DNA of 64,000 bases, taken from Piromyces finnis finn. Its lineage: Eukaryota > Fungi > Neocallimastigomycota. Made by a program: the position numbers and the translations under genes. Within the stretch, counting starts at the first letter, position 1; every line of letters starts with the position of its first letter. Positions 1 through 13,519 of the stretch are shown here, piece by piece. The notes under the pieces are model-generated. The model was not told the DNA's origin. It ran no database searches and worked only from the letters and a program-made list of their open reading frames with translations. Location: contig MCFH01000048.1 in NCBI GenBank assembly GCA_002104945.1, positions 62,001 to 126,000 on the forward strand, read 5' to 3'.

Positions 1-2549
1 CAGAGCTCCACTCCTTATCTGCAAGTCTTATAATTCATAAAGCATTAAAAAATATTTTTTCTTTATTGAAATACAACAGATAGAATAATGTGATAATAAA
101 TTTTAATAATATTTACAAATATTAAATTCTTCTCAAATTGATAAGAAGAAAAAAAATAGAAAAAAAAAAAGGTAGGGTAGATTGATTAATTAGATATAAT
201 AAAAATAAATACATATTTTATATATATTTAATTCTCCTAAAAAAAAAAAAAAAAAATGAATAAATACCTTAAAAAAAGTTGGTATTACTTTTGAATATCT
301 TATGCTTATTAAAGCACACTTTAAAATCTATCCACTTGAACTGATTATTTATTATAGTTTAATGGTATTTAGAAAAATGTATTATTCATATTATTTATTA
401 TTGTTATTATTGTTATGGTTATTATTATTGTTGTTTTGAAATTGAAAAAAGGATCACCATTCTCTTTTAAATTTTAATAATTATTAAAAAAAAAGGGCTA
501 CATTTTTTTAATTAATAATGGATGGGTAAATGAATATGTATACATTTTGATGTGATGTATACATTTGTAATGAATATTTGAAAGCGATAAAAATTTTGAT
601 GTCAAACTTTAAGAACCTTTTTTTTCTTAGAAAAACAAAAAAATAATTAGTTATAATCTTTTTTTATTTATTTATTCATTTATTTATTCATTAAAACGTA
701 TAATAAAAATAATAATAAAAAAAATAAAATAATTATACAGAAATCAAAAATGAATCTAATCAAAGAAAGGAAGATATGGTGGCATTTTATTATTAATGAT
801 TTCATAAGATTTAGTTTTTTCTGTATAAAGATAATATAATCTTGATAAAAAATAAATACAAAATATATATAATAGGCAATAAAAAAAAAAAAATTGTGGT
901 GTCGTTAGTTATTTTTTAGCCAATTCACAAAAAAAATGTAAATCACAAACATAAATCTATGTTAAGTATGATATAAAATAGTATCACATGATACAATAAA
1001 ATAATGTTATACTATTACTTATCAATTCAATCTTTACTATTTAAATTTAATTAATAGTATAATTGGTAGATGGTAATGATGAAGTAGTAATTTGTAGGAA
1101 AATAGATGTCAAAGTGGAAAGGGGTAGCAGTAGAAATAGTGTGTAGTAGTATGGTGGATGGTTGATGGCTATGTTTTTTTAATTGAATGAGGAGGAGAGA
1201 TTTAATCTATAAAATTATTAAATCTTTTATTAAATCTCTTACATTAATAAAAAAAATTAATATAAAGATTTTTTTTTTTATTTAATTAAAAAATAAATAA
1301 AATTAATAAATTTTTAGTATTAATGACAATGATGATCTATGAAGAATAAATTAATCATAATAATATTAATATTATGATGAAGATGATGATTCCTTATGTT
1401 TATGCCTATTGATGAGGATGATGTATAATAATATTGTTATTAACCACTATCATGTATTATTAATTAATATATTATAATTAATAATAAAAAAATGGCTGTA
1501 ATGATATATATCCTAATAGTAACTGCAATAGTAAAGATTCATAGATTGTTATATTAATATTTATTATTAGGATTAATATTATGATGTAGAATCATCATCC
1601 TTTGCCATTTAATAATATTTAATATCATTGATTTATTAAAATATATAGATTGGCTAGTGAGGTGTAGAAATAAATAATATATTTAATTAAAAATATTATT
1701 TTATACCTATATTGTGGCTAAAATAAAATTTTTATGATTCATCATAGGAACAAAAAAAAAGTTTAACTTTTTAGTAAAAGATTTATCTAATCTATATTTT
1801 ATTTTTTTATTTTTAGTATTATTATTTTTGTATAATTATTAACATTGCATTCATGAGCCTACAATAAATGAATACAATATAAATATTAATTTAATATAAC
1901 ATAATAATGTTTAATGGTAATCATGACATTCTATAGTATGCCGATATAATCTGTCATGGAAGTTATTTCTTTATAGAAATATTAAAATTTAACACAATTT
2001 AGTCAAATAGGATAAGATCATAAATACATTCTATATTCATAACAAATAATAATAGAAATTCAAACTCTTTTTGATGATCTAAATATTTATTTATTTATTT
2101 ATTTATTTATTTACTTATTCATTCATTCATTTATAAACTAAAGTTGCTTTTTTTTTTTTTTTTGAAAAATAAAAATAAATAAAAAGTTTAAAACTTTAAA
2201 ATAAATTAAAATATGAGTAATTTTACTTAATTTTTTCTTTATTAATTAAACTTTTTTAAAAAAATATAGTTGATCTTAAATCCTCATCAAAAAAACCTAC
2301 TTAAAAAATAAAAAAATAATTAAAAATAACAGATAACTATTAAATGCAAACATGTAAAATAATAAATGTAAAAATTATATTAAAATATATATAAAATATA
2401 ATAAATGATGTCAAAATTATGCATTGCTAAAAAAGGTTATATCAATCTATTTTAATTAAAAATAAATAAATGAATACATACATTATAATGACAGTAAATT
2501 GTTTTACTCATTTTTTTTTTTTTTTTTTTTTTTTTGCTAATGACACTAA

Positions 2550-2641
2550 TACTTAAATATAATAAAATTAAAAGATATAAAAATTAATTAATCTATACTT
2601 AAATATAATAAAATTAAAAGATATAAAAATTAATTAATCTA
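2550..2641. repeat. 2x46-bp tandem duplication
   Basis: tacttaaatataataaaattaaaagatataaaaattaattaatcta repeated. Confidence 0.8.
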
Positions 2642-3689
2642 AAAAGTATGTTAAATATAAAGAAAAATTTAAAATAAAAATAAAATATAAATAAAATAAA
2701 AAAACTAAAAAATTAAATGAATAAATTTAATTTAAAAAATTTTAATTTAAACTTCATTCCTATCTTTATATTTCTTTATCTTTATTTTTCTTTTTTAAAA
2801 TATTACTCGTTTTTTAAAGATAAACTTTTTCCATTAACTTTTATTCTTATAAATCATTAGTATAATTATTAGATACTTGAAATAAAATAAAATAGAATAT
2901 ATAATTATATACATTATTTGTAATTACTTTTGATTTCATTTCTTTTTATATTTTATTAAAGATAAATAAATAAAAAAAAAAAAAAAAGAATGGATTAACT
3001 ATCAAAATATATAAAAGTGTCAAAGTATAACAAAATGTGAATCATCCTTCACAAGAATTTTTAATCAAATAAAAAAAAAATAATATAAATTAATTACTAA
3101 AAACTTATTTTTCATTATTAATAAAAATAGAATAGAATGTAATTATTTTGTATAGAATATTTATATTAGTATTGTTGTAAGTTTTTCTTTTTTTTTTTAA
3201 TTTATTTAAAAGATTTTATCTTTAAAAGTTTAAATGGCTGAAGAATATGTCAAAAAAAAAAAAATTACTAATAATAATAATTAATAAACTGAAATAATAG
3301 ATTATAAATTATCATGGAGAAAAAAATTTAAAAATATATCAAATTTATTTTATATATAATAATATAATAGCTTATTCTTAACTATTAATGATAAAAATTA
3401 TGAGTCATTAATATTATTTTATTAAGTTTTATCATCATTATTTTTACTTTATTTTATTATTATTATTATTATTTTTTTGATATATCATTATTTTTACTTT
3501 ATTTTATTATTATTATTATTATTTTTTTGATATATTACAATATAGCTTTAGGTATCATCAATGATAAAATGTTTTTTTTTTTAAGACATATCCTAATCTT
3601 TTAAAAGATTTTTTTTTGCTTAAAAATTTATCTTTTAAAAGATGTTTTAACCTAACCATAATAGTTGTAAATAAGAAATATAAACAAAA

Positions 3690-3761
3690 TGGAGAGTGAG
3701 TGATTCGAACACCCAACCTTCCGCTCTGGAGGCGGACGCGCTACCGTTGCGCCAACCCTCC
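3690..3761 (-). tRNA. tRNA-Trp(CCA), copy 1
   Basis: Reverse complement GGAGGGT...ACTCTCCA folds as a 72-nt cloverleaf; anticodon arm TCCGC-CTCCAGA-GCGGA; T-loop TTCGAAT. Confidence 0.95.
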
Positions 3762-3768
3762 TTTTTTG

Positions 3769-4165
3769 AAATTTTTGTTTCCAGATATTTATAAAGATCC
3801 TAATGAAACAGAAGAAGAATATATTCTTAGAAGATTTTTAAGGCATCAAAATTGGGTAAAACAAGCTACTGAATATTCTAATCATGCTAATCAATATTGG
3901 GAACATAGAATAGGTTTATCCAAAGCTTTAAAGAAGACTTATAAACCGGGTGATTATGTTATGATAAGATTAATAGGAAGAAGTAAATTAAATCCTTATT
4001 TTTATGGTCCTTATAAAGTTGTTAATAAACAAAAAATTTAATACTGTTGTACTTGAAGATCCACATACAGGAAAACTACTTGATAGAAATGTACATATTA
4101 AAAATATTTTTCCTTACGTTCTACCAGAACAAAATTTAACTTCAAGGGACGAAGTTAATTCTTAA
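3769..4165 (+). pseudogene. 3' fragment of family-A Ty3/gypsy integrase (frameshifted)
   Basis: Near-identical to the end of pol at 39818-40210 (FPDIYKDPNETEEEY...YFYGPYKVV); an extra A near 4030 shifts the frame; 5' part deleted. Confidence 0.92.
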
Positions 4166-4178
4166 AAGGCCGAGAAAC

Positions 4179-4990
4179 TGATAAATAATGAAATTAATAA
4201 ATATAAAATTATTATTAAACCTGATTTTTAAGTTAACCCTAAAAGTAACTTAAAACAAGTTATAGTTTAATTAAGTACTTTACCAAAATTCTTAAATAAA
4301 ATTAATCCTAAACACTGCATATATTTTGATTATTGAAAGAAAATAATAAACTTTAATTAATCGAGATCAAAATATATAACTTTTGTTAAATTAATTGTTA
4401 AATTAAATATTTAATAACTTCGTTAGTAAATTACACTTTAAAAGTAAACAAATATAATAATTCATGTTATAAAATAATATAATTAAACACCTTTATTAAA
4501 ACATTAAAAATAATTATTACTTTAATTAATTGTAAAAATAAACAACTTTTTATATTCTTTAATTTTTAATTATTTCTTTTATTGTTATTTCTAATTACTT
4601 TTATTACTTTTATTGTAAATAGTAATTAATTTTATTGTTTTAATGTAAATAGTTTAAATTTAAAAGAAAATATAAATACATGTAAATATTCTTATTTTAA
4701 TCATTATTATTATTATTAATAAAGAAATATTATATAGTTAGATTAATATTTTATAATTTTAATAATCACTTTTATACTTAAATAAATAAAATTTTAAATA
4801 TTTAAATATTAGAAAAACAAGTGTTTCTAATAAAACAATTTAGTATTTTAACAAAACAATTTTATTAATTTTTATAAAAACGATTTTAAATCTTAATCAA
4901 TATAACTTATATAGTTATAACAAAAGATATAATATAATAATCACTTTTTGAAGTAAAATTCAAAATTAAGATTATTATCAAATTATATCA
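4179..4990 (+). mobile_element. LTR family A (3' LTR of truncated element)
   Basis: Follows purine-rich PPT-like aaaaggccgagaaac; TGATAAAT...TATATCA; matches the LTRs of 39011-47386. Confidence 0.92.
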
Positions 4991-4994
4991 TTTT

Positions 4995-5438
4995 TGATAA
5001 AGAATGAAATTTATAAATAATTAATCAATATAAAATCTGATTTTAAAAATTTGTAATTTTATAATAAATCTAATAGTGAATTAAAATAGTAAATAATTAA
5101 AATGATATAAAATATGAATATTTAATTTTAAAAATGTAAAATATAAACAATTTTTACTTATAAATAAACTTAAGTGTAATTAAATAATATAAATAGAAAT
5201 AGAAAATATTATTTTAAAAACTGTTACTAATTAGCCAGGAAAGTTAAAATATTTTAATAATAAAATAATAAATTATAATACATAGCGAGATGTATTATAT
5301 ATTTATTTTAAATAAATAAACTAATATTATAAAACAAGATGTGTTTTTAAAACTTTAAATTATATTTAATAATTATATAAAACTTGAAGAATGAGCAAGT
5401 AAAAATAAATCATTCAATTTCCCACAAATATACCACTT
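4995..5438 (+). mobile_element. LTR family C, diverged, 3'-truncated
   Basis: Starts TGATAAAGAATGAAA; shares taattagccaggaaa and catagcgagatg with C copies; cut inside the U5 hairpin by a B copy. Confidence 0.75.
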
Positions 5439-5973
5439 TGATAAATAATCAAATTTATAAATTATAAATTATGATAATAATAATATTTATATTAAAACAC
5501 AGATAATTAAAAATTAAAATAATTAACATGGATAAAATTAGTAAATTAAAAATTATAAATGTAAACTTTTTGTTTTTTTTTAATTGTTTATTTATATTTG
5601 TTTATAATTATACGTTTAAATAATAATTTTGTATAAATAGTAATAGAAAATATTCATTTTAAAAGATGTTCCTAATAATCCAGTAAAATTAGATATATAA
5701 TTTATATAAAATAATATTTGTAATAATAATATACATACGAGATGTATTAAATAATAATAACATATATATATTTAATAATCAAGAGTTATTAAATATTAAA
5801 ACTTTATAATTAAATAAAATAATTTTATATTTTAAACTAACAAAGACTTGAAAATGAACAAGTATAAAAATCATTTATTTTATTTTCTTATTTTTATTTA
5901 TTAAAATTTTAGATACAGATATTATCACTTTCTATAGTAAATTATAGAATTAAGATAATATCTTTACGTATCA
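5439..5973 (+). mobile_element. solo LTR family B (diverged)
   Basis: TGATAAATAAT...CGTATCA with U5 hairpin; matches LTRs of 54875-57356. Confidence 0.82.
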
Positions 5974-5977
5974 AAAA

Positions 5978-6574
5978 TGATAACAGATTGGTAGTTATAT
6001 TACAACTTTTTAAATCACTTCTTCGTTATCTTATATTGTTTTATCTCGACAGCTATTTTACGAGCTTTAATAATATCTACTAATTTTGTTGAATAAATTT
6101 AATTTATTTTTATAATTTTTATAGTTTTATTATTCTATAATATTTATATAGAATAATAACACCTGATTTATTCTATAAAATATTATTTATTATTAACACA
6201 ATAATTTTAATTTGGACAAGTTTAATTTCGTTTTTATATTTTCTTTTATTTATTTATTGTTTTTACACTCTTTTTAACAATAAATTTTACTATATAAAAA
6301 CTTATTTTTGTCTTTTAATTATTATTATGTACTATTTAATTAACTATATTATTATAACTTAAAATTAACTTATCTCTTAATAGTCTAAGTCTTCGTATTT
6401 TATATTATTATTATTCTTTATATTAAAAATTATTTTTATAATTTATAAAATATATAAATTTATAAAATATTTTAGGTAAATTATATTTTTTATAATAAAC
6501 TCTAAAAAACTATTTAGTAATTATTTTTATAATAAAATTTTAATTTATAATATATTTATAATTATTATTTGTCA
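5978..6574. mobile_element. solo LTR-like module E
   Basis: TGATAAC...TTGTCA; inverted copy at 29179-30442, fragments at 48766-48849 and 50515-50588. Confidence 0.75.
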
Positions 6575-6580
6575 TTTTGA

Positions 6581-7444
6581 TGTAGGAAATAATAACTATT
6601 CTTAATTGAATAATTACTATTCTTTAGTATTTAATAATAATTTATTTAAAATATTACTTTCATATACACCAATTTTTAAATATAAAATTTATTTATTTAT
6701 TATATTTATTATGCATTTAATTAATATTGTAAATTTATTTAATTATTAGTCTTTATGTACATTTAATTAATATGAATTATTTATTTACATATTACTATTT
6801 TATATATTTAATTATTATAATTAATATTCATTATATTTATTATTTTAAAAAATAAGTAATTACATATTTATTTATATTTTAATTATTGTATTATGGATAA
6901 AATAGGAATCGATACTTTAAGGTTTTTTCCGATTGCGTCTTAAGAAAGCATTCGGTTTGACTTAATTTATACGATGATCAATATGACTAGAATATTGACC
7001 GAAAATCATGTATCTTCTAGTCTTCCTAAACATTTCATTTGTTAATATTAGAACACATTTAATTAATCTTATTTTTTAATGAAAATATAAATAGAACCCT
7101 CTTGAAATCCAAGAGTTATTATCATAAAAGAATAAATTATAATAAATACCCCACAAATACATTTCTTATTTTCTTTAAAATAATAAAACAAAAAAAATTT
7201 TCTAATAAACAATAATTAATAATTAAAAATAATTACTTGATAATCTCAAACAAACTTTATTTAACTCTTTGTGCTGGTTGTTTATTATAAATCTTTATAA
7301 TAAACTCGATAAGTATTTTAGTTTTTTAGTTCTTTATTCTAATTCTTTATCAAATTATTATAGTATATTATTATATTACTACAATATTGATAATTAATAT
7401 TATATTATAGTAATTTCTTTTAATTATTATAAAAAATTACTACA
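6581..7444 (+). mobile_element. solo LTR N (related to chromovirus LTR L)
   Basis: TGTAGG...ACTACA; shares caagagttatta and ttataataaactc...gataagta blocks with H/X/Y/L; inverted copy from 48059. Confidence 0.72.
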
Positions 7445-7447
7445 TTT

Positions 7448-7530
7448 TGGTACAGTGGAAATATTATCTTAATTCTATCATTAAATATAGAAAGTGATAA
7501 TATTTGTATCTAAAATCTAATAAATAATAA
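7448..7530 (-). mobile_element. U5 tail of a B-type LTR fused to the tRNA-Trp downstream flank
   Basis: Reverse-strand hairpin atcactttctat..atagaattaagat ending CTGTACCA; same junction at about 47985-48055. Confidence 0.7.
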
Positions 7531-8064
7531 TAATATAAATTAATTACTAATAACTTGTTTTTCATTATTAATAAAAATAGAATAGAATGTAATTATTTTG
7601 TTTAGGATATTTATACTAGCATTGTTTTTTTTTTTTTAATTTATTTAAAATATTTACCTTTAAAAGTTTAAATGGCTGAAGAATATGTCAAAAAAAAAAA
7701 AGAAAAAAAAAATTAATAGTAATAATAATAATTAATAAACTGAAATAATAAATTATAAATTATCATTAATAAAAATATATCAAATTTCCTTTATATATAA
7801 TAGCTTATTCTTAACTATTAATGATAAAAATTATGAGTCATTAATATTATTTTATTAAGTTTTATCATCATTTTTTACTTTTATTTTTTTGTTTTTTTGA
7901 TATATTACAATATAGCTTTAGGTATCATCGATGATAAAATGTTTTATTTTTTTTTTTTTTTAAGATATCTTAATATTTTAGAAGATATTTTTTATTTAAA
8001 AAATTTATTTTTTAAGATGTTTTAACCTAACCATAATAGTTATAAATAAGAAATATAAACAAAA

Positions 8065-8136
8065 TGGAGAGTGAGTGATTCAAACACCCAACCTTCCGCT
8101 CTGGAGGCGGACGCGCTACCGTTGCGCCAACCCTCC
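8065..8136 (-). tRNA. tRNA-Trp(CCA), copy 2, T-loop variant (possible pseudogene)
   Basis: Identical to copy 1 except T-loop TTTGAAT instead of TTCGAAT. Confidence 0.85.
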
Positions 8137-8149
8137 TTTCATGAATTTC

Positions 8150-8278
8150 TGATAAATAATTAAATTTATAAATTATAAATTAATAATAATAATAATAATA
8201 ATAATAATTAAAATATAGATAAAAATTTAAAATATTTAACATGTATAAAATTATTAAATTAAAAATTATAAACGTAAA

Positions 8279-8309
<31 letters not shown>

Positions 8310-8717
8310 TAAATTAAATAGTTTATATTTGTTTATAATTATATCTTAAAATAATAATTTTGTATAAATAGTGATAGAATTACTTATTTTTAAAAATGTT
8401 CCTAATAATCCGTCAAAATTAGATAATAATATTAAATTTACTAAAATAATACTTATAATTATATTCATATACATACCGAGATGTATTAATAACAAAATAT
8501 ATATATATTTAATAATACTAGAGTTATTAAATATCAAAATTTATAATTAAATAAACATTATTTTATAAAACTAACTAATACTTGAAAATGAACAAGTATA
8601 AAAATCATTTATTTTTATTTTCTTTATTTCTATTTATTAAATATTTTTTTTTAGATACAAATATTATCACTTTCTATATTCATTTATAGAATTAAGATAA
8701 TATTTTTCTTCGTATCA
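8150..8717 (+). mobile_element. solo LTR family B, 13 nt upstream of tRNA-Trp
   Basis: TGATA...CGTATCA; TTTC on both sides (4-bp TSD). Confidence 0.88.
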
Positions 8718-8721
8718 TTTC

Positions 8722-9214
8722 TAATAAATAATTAAATTTATAAATAATGAATTAATAGAATAGCTGATTTTAAAATTATATAAACTTAATATAAATTAAA
8801 ATAATAGTAAATAATCAAAATAATATAAAATATAAATGTTTAATTAAATTTTAAAAATGTAAAATATAAACAACTTTTGTTTATAAACAAACTTAAATGT
8901 AATTATTTATTATAAATATAAATAGAAAATATTATTTTTAAAGATTGTTACTAATTAGCCAGGAAAATTAGAATATTTTAAAATTATAATAAATTAATAT
9001 ATTTTTTTTATAATACATAGCGAGATGTATTATACATTTATTTTAAATAAATAAACTAATATTATAAAACAAGATGTGTTTTTAAAACTTTAAATTATAT
9101 TCAATAATTATATAAACTTGTAGAATGAGCAAGTAAAAATAAATCATTCAATTACACACAAATATACCACTTTCTAAGCTTATTTAGAATTAAGGTATAT
9201 TTGAACGTGTGTCA
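8722..9214 (+). mobile_element. solo LTR family C
   Basis: Matches LTRs of 36728-39006; ends CGTGTGTCA; 5' TG reads TA. Confidence 0.85.
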
Positions 9215-9221
9215 CTTTTTG

Positions 9222-11272
9222 TGTAAGAAATATAGAAATAAATTCTATATTTCTTAAGTATTATTAAGTACTGTCAAGAATAGAAGACGATTAAAAAATA
9301 AATTAAATATTTAAATAAACAATTTAAAAATCAAATTTATATTTCAAAAATTATAAAACACTTTTAAAAAATAATTAAAAGATCACTTGAAAAAATTTAA
9401 TATTGAAAAGGGTTAAGGATCACAAAAATTTAATTTTCAATAAACTAACCCTTGAGAAGAAAATGCATTATACGAAACTAGTGATAACTTCTGAATCTCG
9501 TGTCCTATTTTCCTTTTCTAGAGAATTCAAATCAATTTTATTAGAAAGTACTAGTTGAGATCTATATTCTCACAAATTTTCAGCTAATTTAGACCACTAG
9601 TTCTTGAGATATAGCTATTTAAAGATTTAATTAGTTTCAATTAATATATAATAATATATATTAAAATGATCAATATTAATTTATATAATTAAAGTCATTA
9701 TTCAAGTCATCCAACTTTCTATAAATAATTCAATTTAAAAATTCTCCATTATTATTAAATAAGGTTAGATAATAAATATTCTTGATTACAAACCTAATCA
9801 ATTATAAAAATTAATTAATAATTTCTCAAATAATTTTGATTAATAACCTCAATCATAATCAAACCAAAAAGCCTTTGGATCAAAAATCATTAATTATAAT
9901 TATTAATTAATTAATCATGAGAATATATAATTAGTATCAGTAATTGTTATTCTCAATTTATAATATTAAATATTTACAATTTAAAATGGTTAAAACAATA
10001 CTTTTATTTTAAAAGTAATTTAAAAGATTAATCTTAAGATCTATCATATGAATTCATATTATTAATATCAATATCAATTATTAATATTTTAATTTAAAAT
10101 TATTTTATTTTTATCTTTATTATTAATATCAATATTAATATCAATGTAATTTTATTAATTGTAAGAAAAAGTATTTAAACAAAGAATTAAAATCATTTTG
10201 AAATTCTTTGTAAGATTATTAATTAATTATTAACTATAATCTATAATATAACTTAATAAATATTATTTTCATAAATAAATGATTAATAAATTTCATAATT
10301 AAATTATATTAGAATTCTTATTTTAAATATAAAAACCTATTTAATTTTTAAATTAGTATTATTTAAAATTCTTTAATAAGTTTTAAAGAAAAGGTTAATA
10401 ATAAACAAGTTTAATACTTTATTTTAGATTAAGTTGTATTATATCAAAACATTCTGACCAAGTTACATATCAACCCTAGCCCACTTTACATTAATTATTT
10501 TTCTAATTATTAAATTAATTAATTATTTAAATTATTAGCATGCATTCATTTAAATTACTATAAACATTTATTTATATTAATATTAATTATTCATTTACAT
10601 AATTTAAAATTTATTTAATTATTATATTAATTAATTATTTATTTAATTTAGTAATTTATTTAAAATAATAGTAAACATTCATTTATTTTATTAATTAATA
10701 ATTTTTGTATTACATTTTATAAGAAACATTATGTATTTTATTTTACGTTTGTATTTTATGTGTATGTATCGTATCTTGAAATAACTTATAGAAACAACTA
10801 GAAGATATAAATAAATATTAGGACAATCGGATATTAAAGTTTTTCCGAATATTATTCAGTTTTACTTAATATTACGATGATTGATATGTTAGTTATCAAT
10901 CGAATATCTTTTTAGGTTTTTCTTCTAGTCTTTTCCTAAAAAGATTATTTGTTAAGATTAGAAATTCTTTATTAAACTTTAAATTATTAAAAAATTATAA
11001 ATAAAAGAACTCTGGAATTCCACTAAAGAATCCAGAGTTATTATTTTAAGACAATTATAATAAATAACCTTTATTAAAAAAACAATATTAATAAAACATT
11101 TTAAATTAAATAACATTAAAGTTTTGTGTTGTTTATTATATTTCCTTATAATAAACTCTTATTACGATAAGTATAAATTTTTATTTTAACTTCTCAGTTT
11201 AATAATACTAATTATTATTAAATTGTAGATAATAATTATTATTATATATATTATATAATAATAATTATTACA
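9222..11272 (+). mobile_element. solo LTR G/H (L-related) interrupted by F after 50 nt
   Basis: TGTAAGAAAT...ATTATTACA; inverted partial copy at 51722-52507. Confidence 0.7.
9272..10490. mobile_element. solo LTR-like module F
   Basis: TGTCAAGAATAG...CTTTACA; near-identical copy at 27339-28568. Confidence 0.82.
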
Positions 11273-11275
11273 TTT

Positions 11276-11977
11276 TGTTAAGGAACCAACAAATAATGTT
11301 ATTCTTGTCATAATTAATGATTATGACTTAATCCATTATTGTTCCTAAATGTATGAAAACTTTACAATATTCTTATTTGTAAATTAATGTATACATTTAA
11401 ATTATATTTAAAATTATTAATAATTATTTTTATCGAACTTAAATTTTATTTTATTAAACTTAAAAATTAATTTAGTAATAATAATATATTGAAAATTATA
11501 GTTTATTGAACTTTTAGTTTAATTTATCAAGTTAATGAATTTTTATTAATTAAAATTATGAATAATATTTCTGTAAAATAGTAAAATTCTTTAGTTAAAT
11601 ATATTTAAAGTAAACTTTTAATGTATGTTAATCAATTTAATAATATGTATAAATATTTATTATAATAGTAATGTAATTTTATTATTCATTTAAAAGTAAT
11701 TTAAATACTAAAATTAATGTAAATAATTAAAGACTAATTCTTTTAATTAACACTACTTAATTTTTTACAAAAAGTATAAAAAGGTGTATATTATAAGAAT
11801 TAGAGAGGAGAGATATTTTTTAATTACTTTTTTTTTATTTTTATTTTATATTAATATCTTAATAAAACAAATTTATTAATAAAACAATTTTTCTTATTTC
11901 ATTTTAATATTATTTTTGAGTATTAATAAAATTTATTAATATTTTATAAATAAAATTAAATTCCTCGAACCGTAACA
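11276..11977. mobile_element. solo LTR-like module J
   Basis: TGTTAAGG...CCGTAACA; inverted copy at 34628-35332. Confidence 0.8.
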
Positions 11978-13519
11978 TAAAAATTGATGGAAATATTAGG
12001 GAAAAATATTAATAAAAAACTATTATTATATAGGATTAAATAATATTAAAATATTGCTAAAATATTATATAAATTTATTAAATAAATTTATTACCCTTTC
12101 AAAGTTATAGGTAATATTTTTATTACTGTTGAAGCTTTAAGGTATAATATTTTAGTAGAACTGAATTAGTACGCTTTAGAAGCAGTACTTTATTTAGGAA
12201 ACAGTGATTAAGTTTTTAGGTCTAGTTTATCTTTCGCAGTAGGATACTGGAAAGCGCTGAACCTTTCTATTTTGTTAGAGAAATAGAAGTGCCTCGCATA
12301 ATTGCTAGATGACACTGGTAATACGGTAAGCTGGGCAATTGTGAACTACTTAAGCACCCTAAATAAGTATTGGAAAATTGCTGTGAAATGCTGTTCTACT
12401 ATACTTATTATTGTAATTCAAATTTTTAATAAATTTTGTTTTAGTCTTTTAGTATTTATAATTTTTTTTTTTAAAAAAAATATTTTTAATTGAACGATTT
12501 TTAAAAATTATTCTTTTTAAAATATAAATAAATAATTCGAAAGTGACCCTTAGTGTGGCAAGTTAAACTGCTGTACGTAATACTTTGGTGTTCAATTATA
12601 TCTGATAATTGGGGAAGATAATCAATTATTTTCTTTCCGCTAATTAAGTTAGTGATAATAAAGAATTTAATTACGTTACTTCCTTTTATTAAATTATATA
12701 TTTAATATTAACCATCGGGTATATTTGTGGCTTATCATCAAAGAGCTACGAGGGATTTTCGCATAGAATTACACAACCTATAATACTTGGTGGTTTAACA
12801 TTATATAGGTTGGCCTATATTTATTTTATAAAAAGAAATAAGTTTTTAAATAATAATTAATTAAAAAAAAAAAAAAAAAATATAGATATATATATCTATT
12901 CTTTTTGTTGATTCTCTTTGAGTAATTTAATATTGCTAATTGAAATATTCTTTTCTTACTGTTTTAAGTTAAACATGCTATATCAGCATAGACAAGCATT
13001 ATTAACTAATCAACAGAGGTATACTAGGGGTGGTAGAGAGATCCTGAAGCACGTGACGGAACTTAGATCGTGTGAATAAGGTGACGGCAACATTTACCAT
13101 TGGATGAAAGACTCCTAGTTAATAGTCTATTATATATAAATTGGTCGGTAACTTGAATCAGTAATAACAATATTAAATTAAAATTTTTACTAATAAATTG
13201 AGAATAAATAATAATTAAGTTAAATATAAGAAAAACAGAAAACAAAAGTAATAATTTCATCTTTTCTGACTGAACTCTGATAGTAAGGAGTGATACTAAA
13301 AATTTAAATAAATAATTGGTAGTACGTGCTGTGCTAGATTATTTGTATCTCATTCTGTCAAGTGGTCGATAAAGGAATTTCGAGCTTGGTTAAAACTAAT
13401 AAGTGGTCGATAAAGGAATTTCGAACTTATAAAATTTTTTTTAGACTGTCAAAGGGATTTTTAGTCTATACTGTGTCATCTTGTACTGTAATAAATTCGG
13501 TCAAGGAAAATAAAAGAAA

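Noticed and set aside
1-3000. Host gene exon at 1-30 (could read LADKEWSS on -) or other coding content in the first 3 kb
   Set aside because: Too short and cut by the window edge; the remainder is homopolymer-rich intergenic-like DNA with no ORF support
3700-4041. 113-aa ORF as a real gene
   Set aside because: Chimera of the antisense tRNA-Trp sequence and a frameshifted integrase fragment, with a non-ATG start
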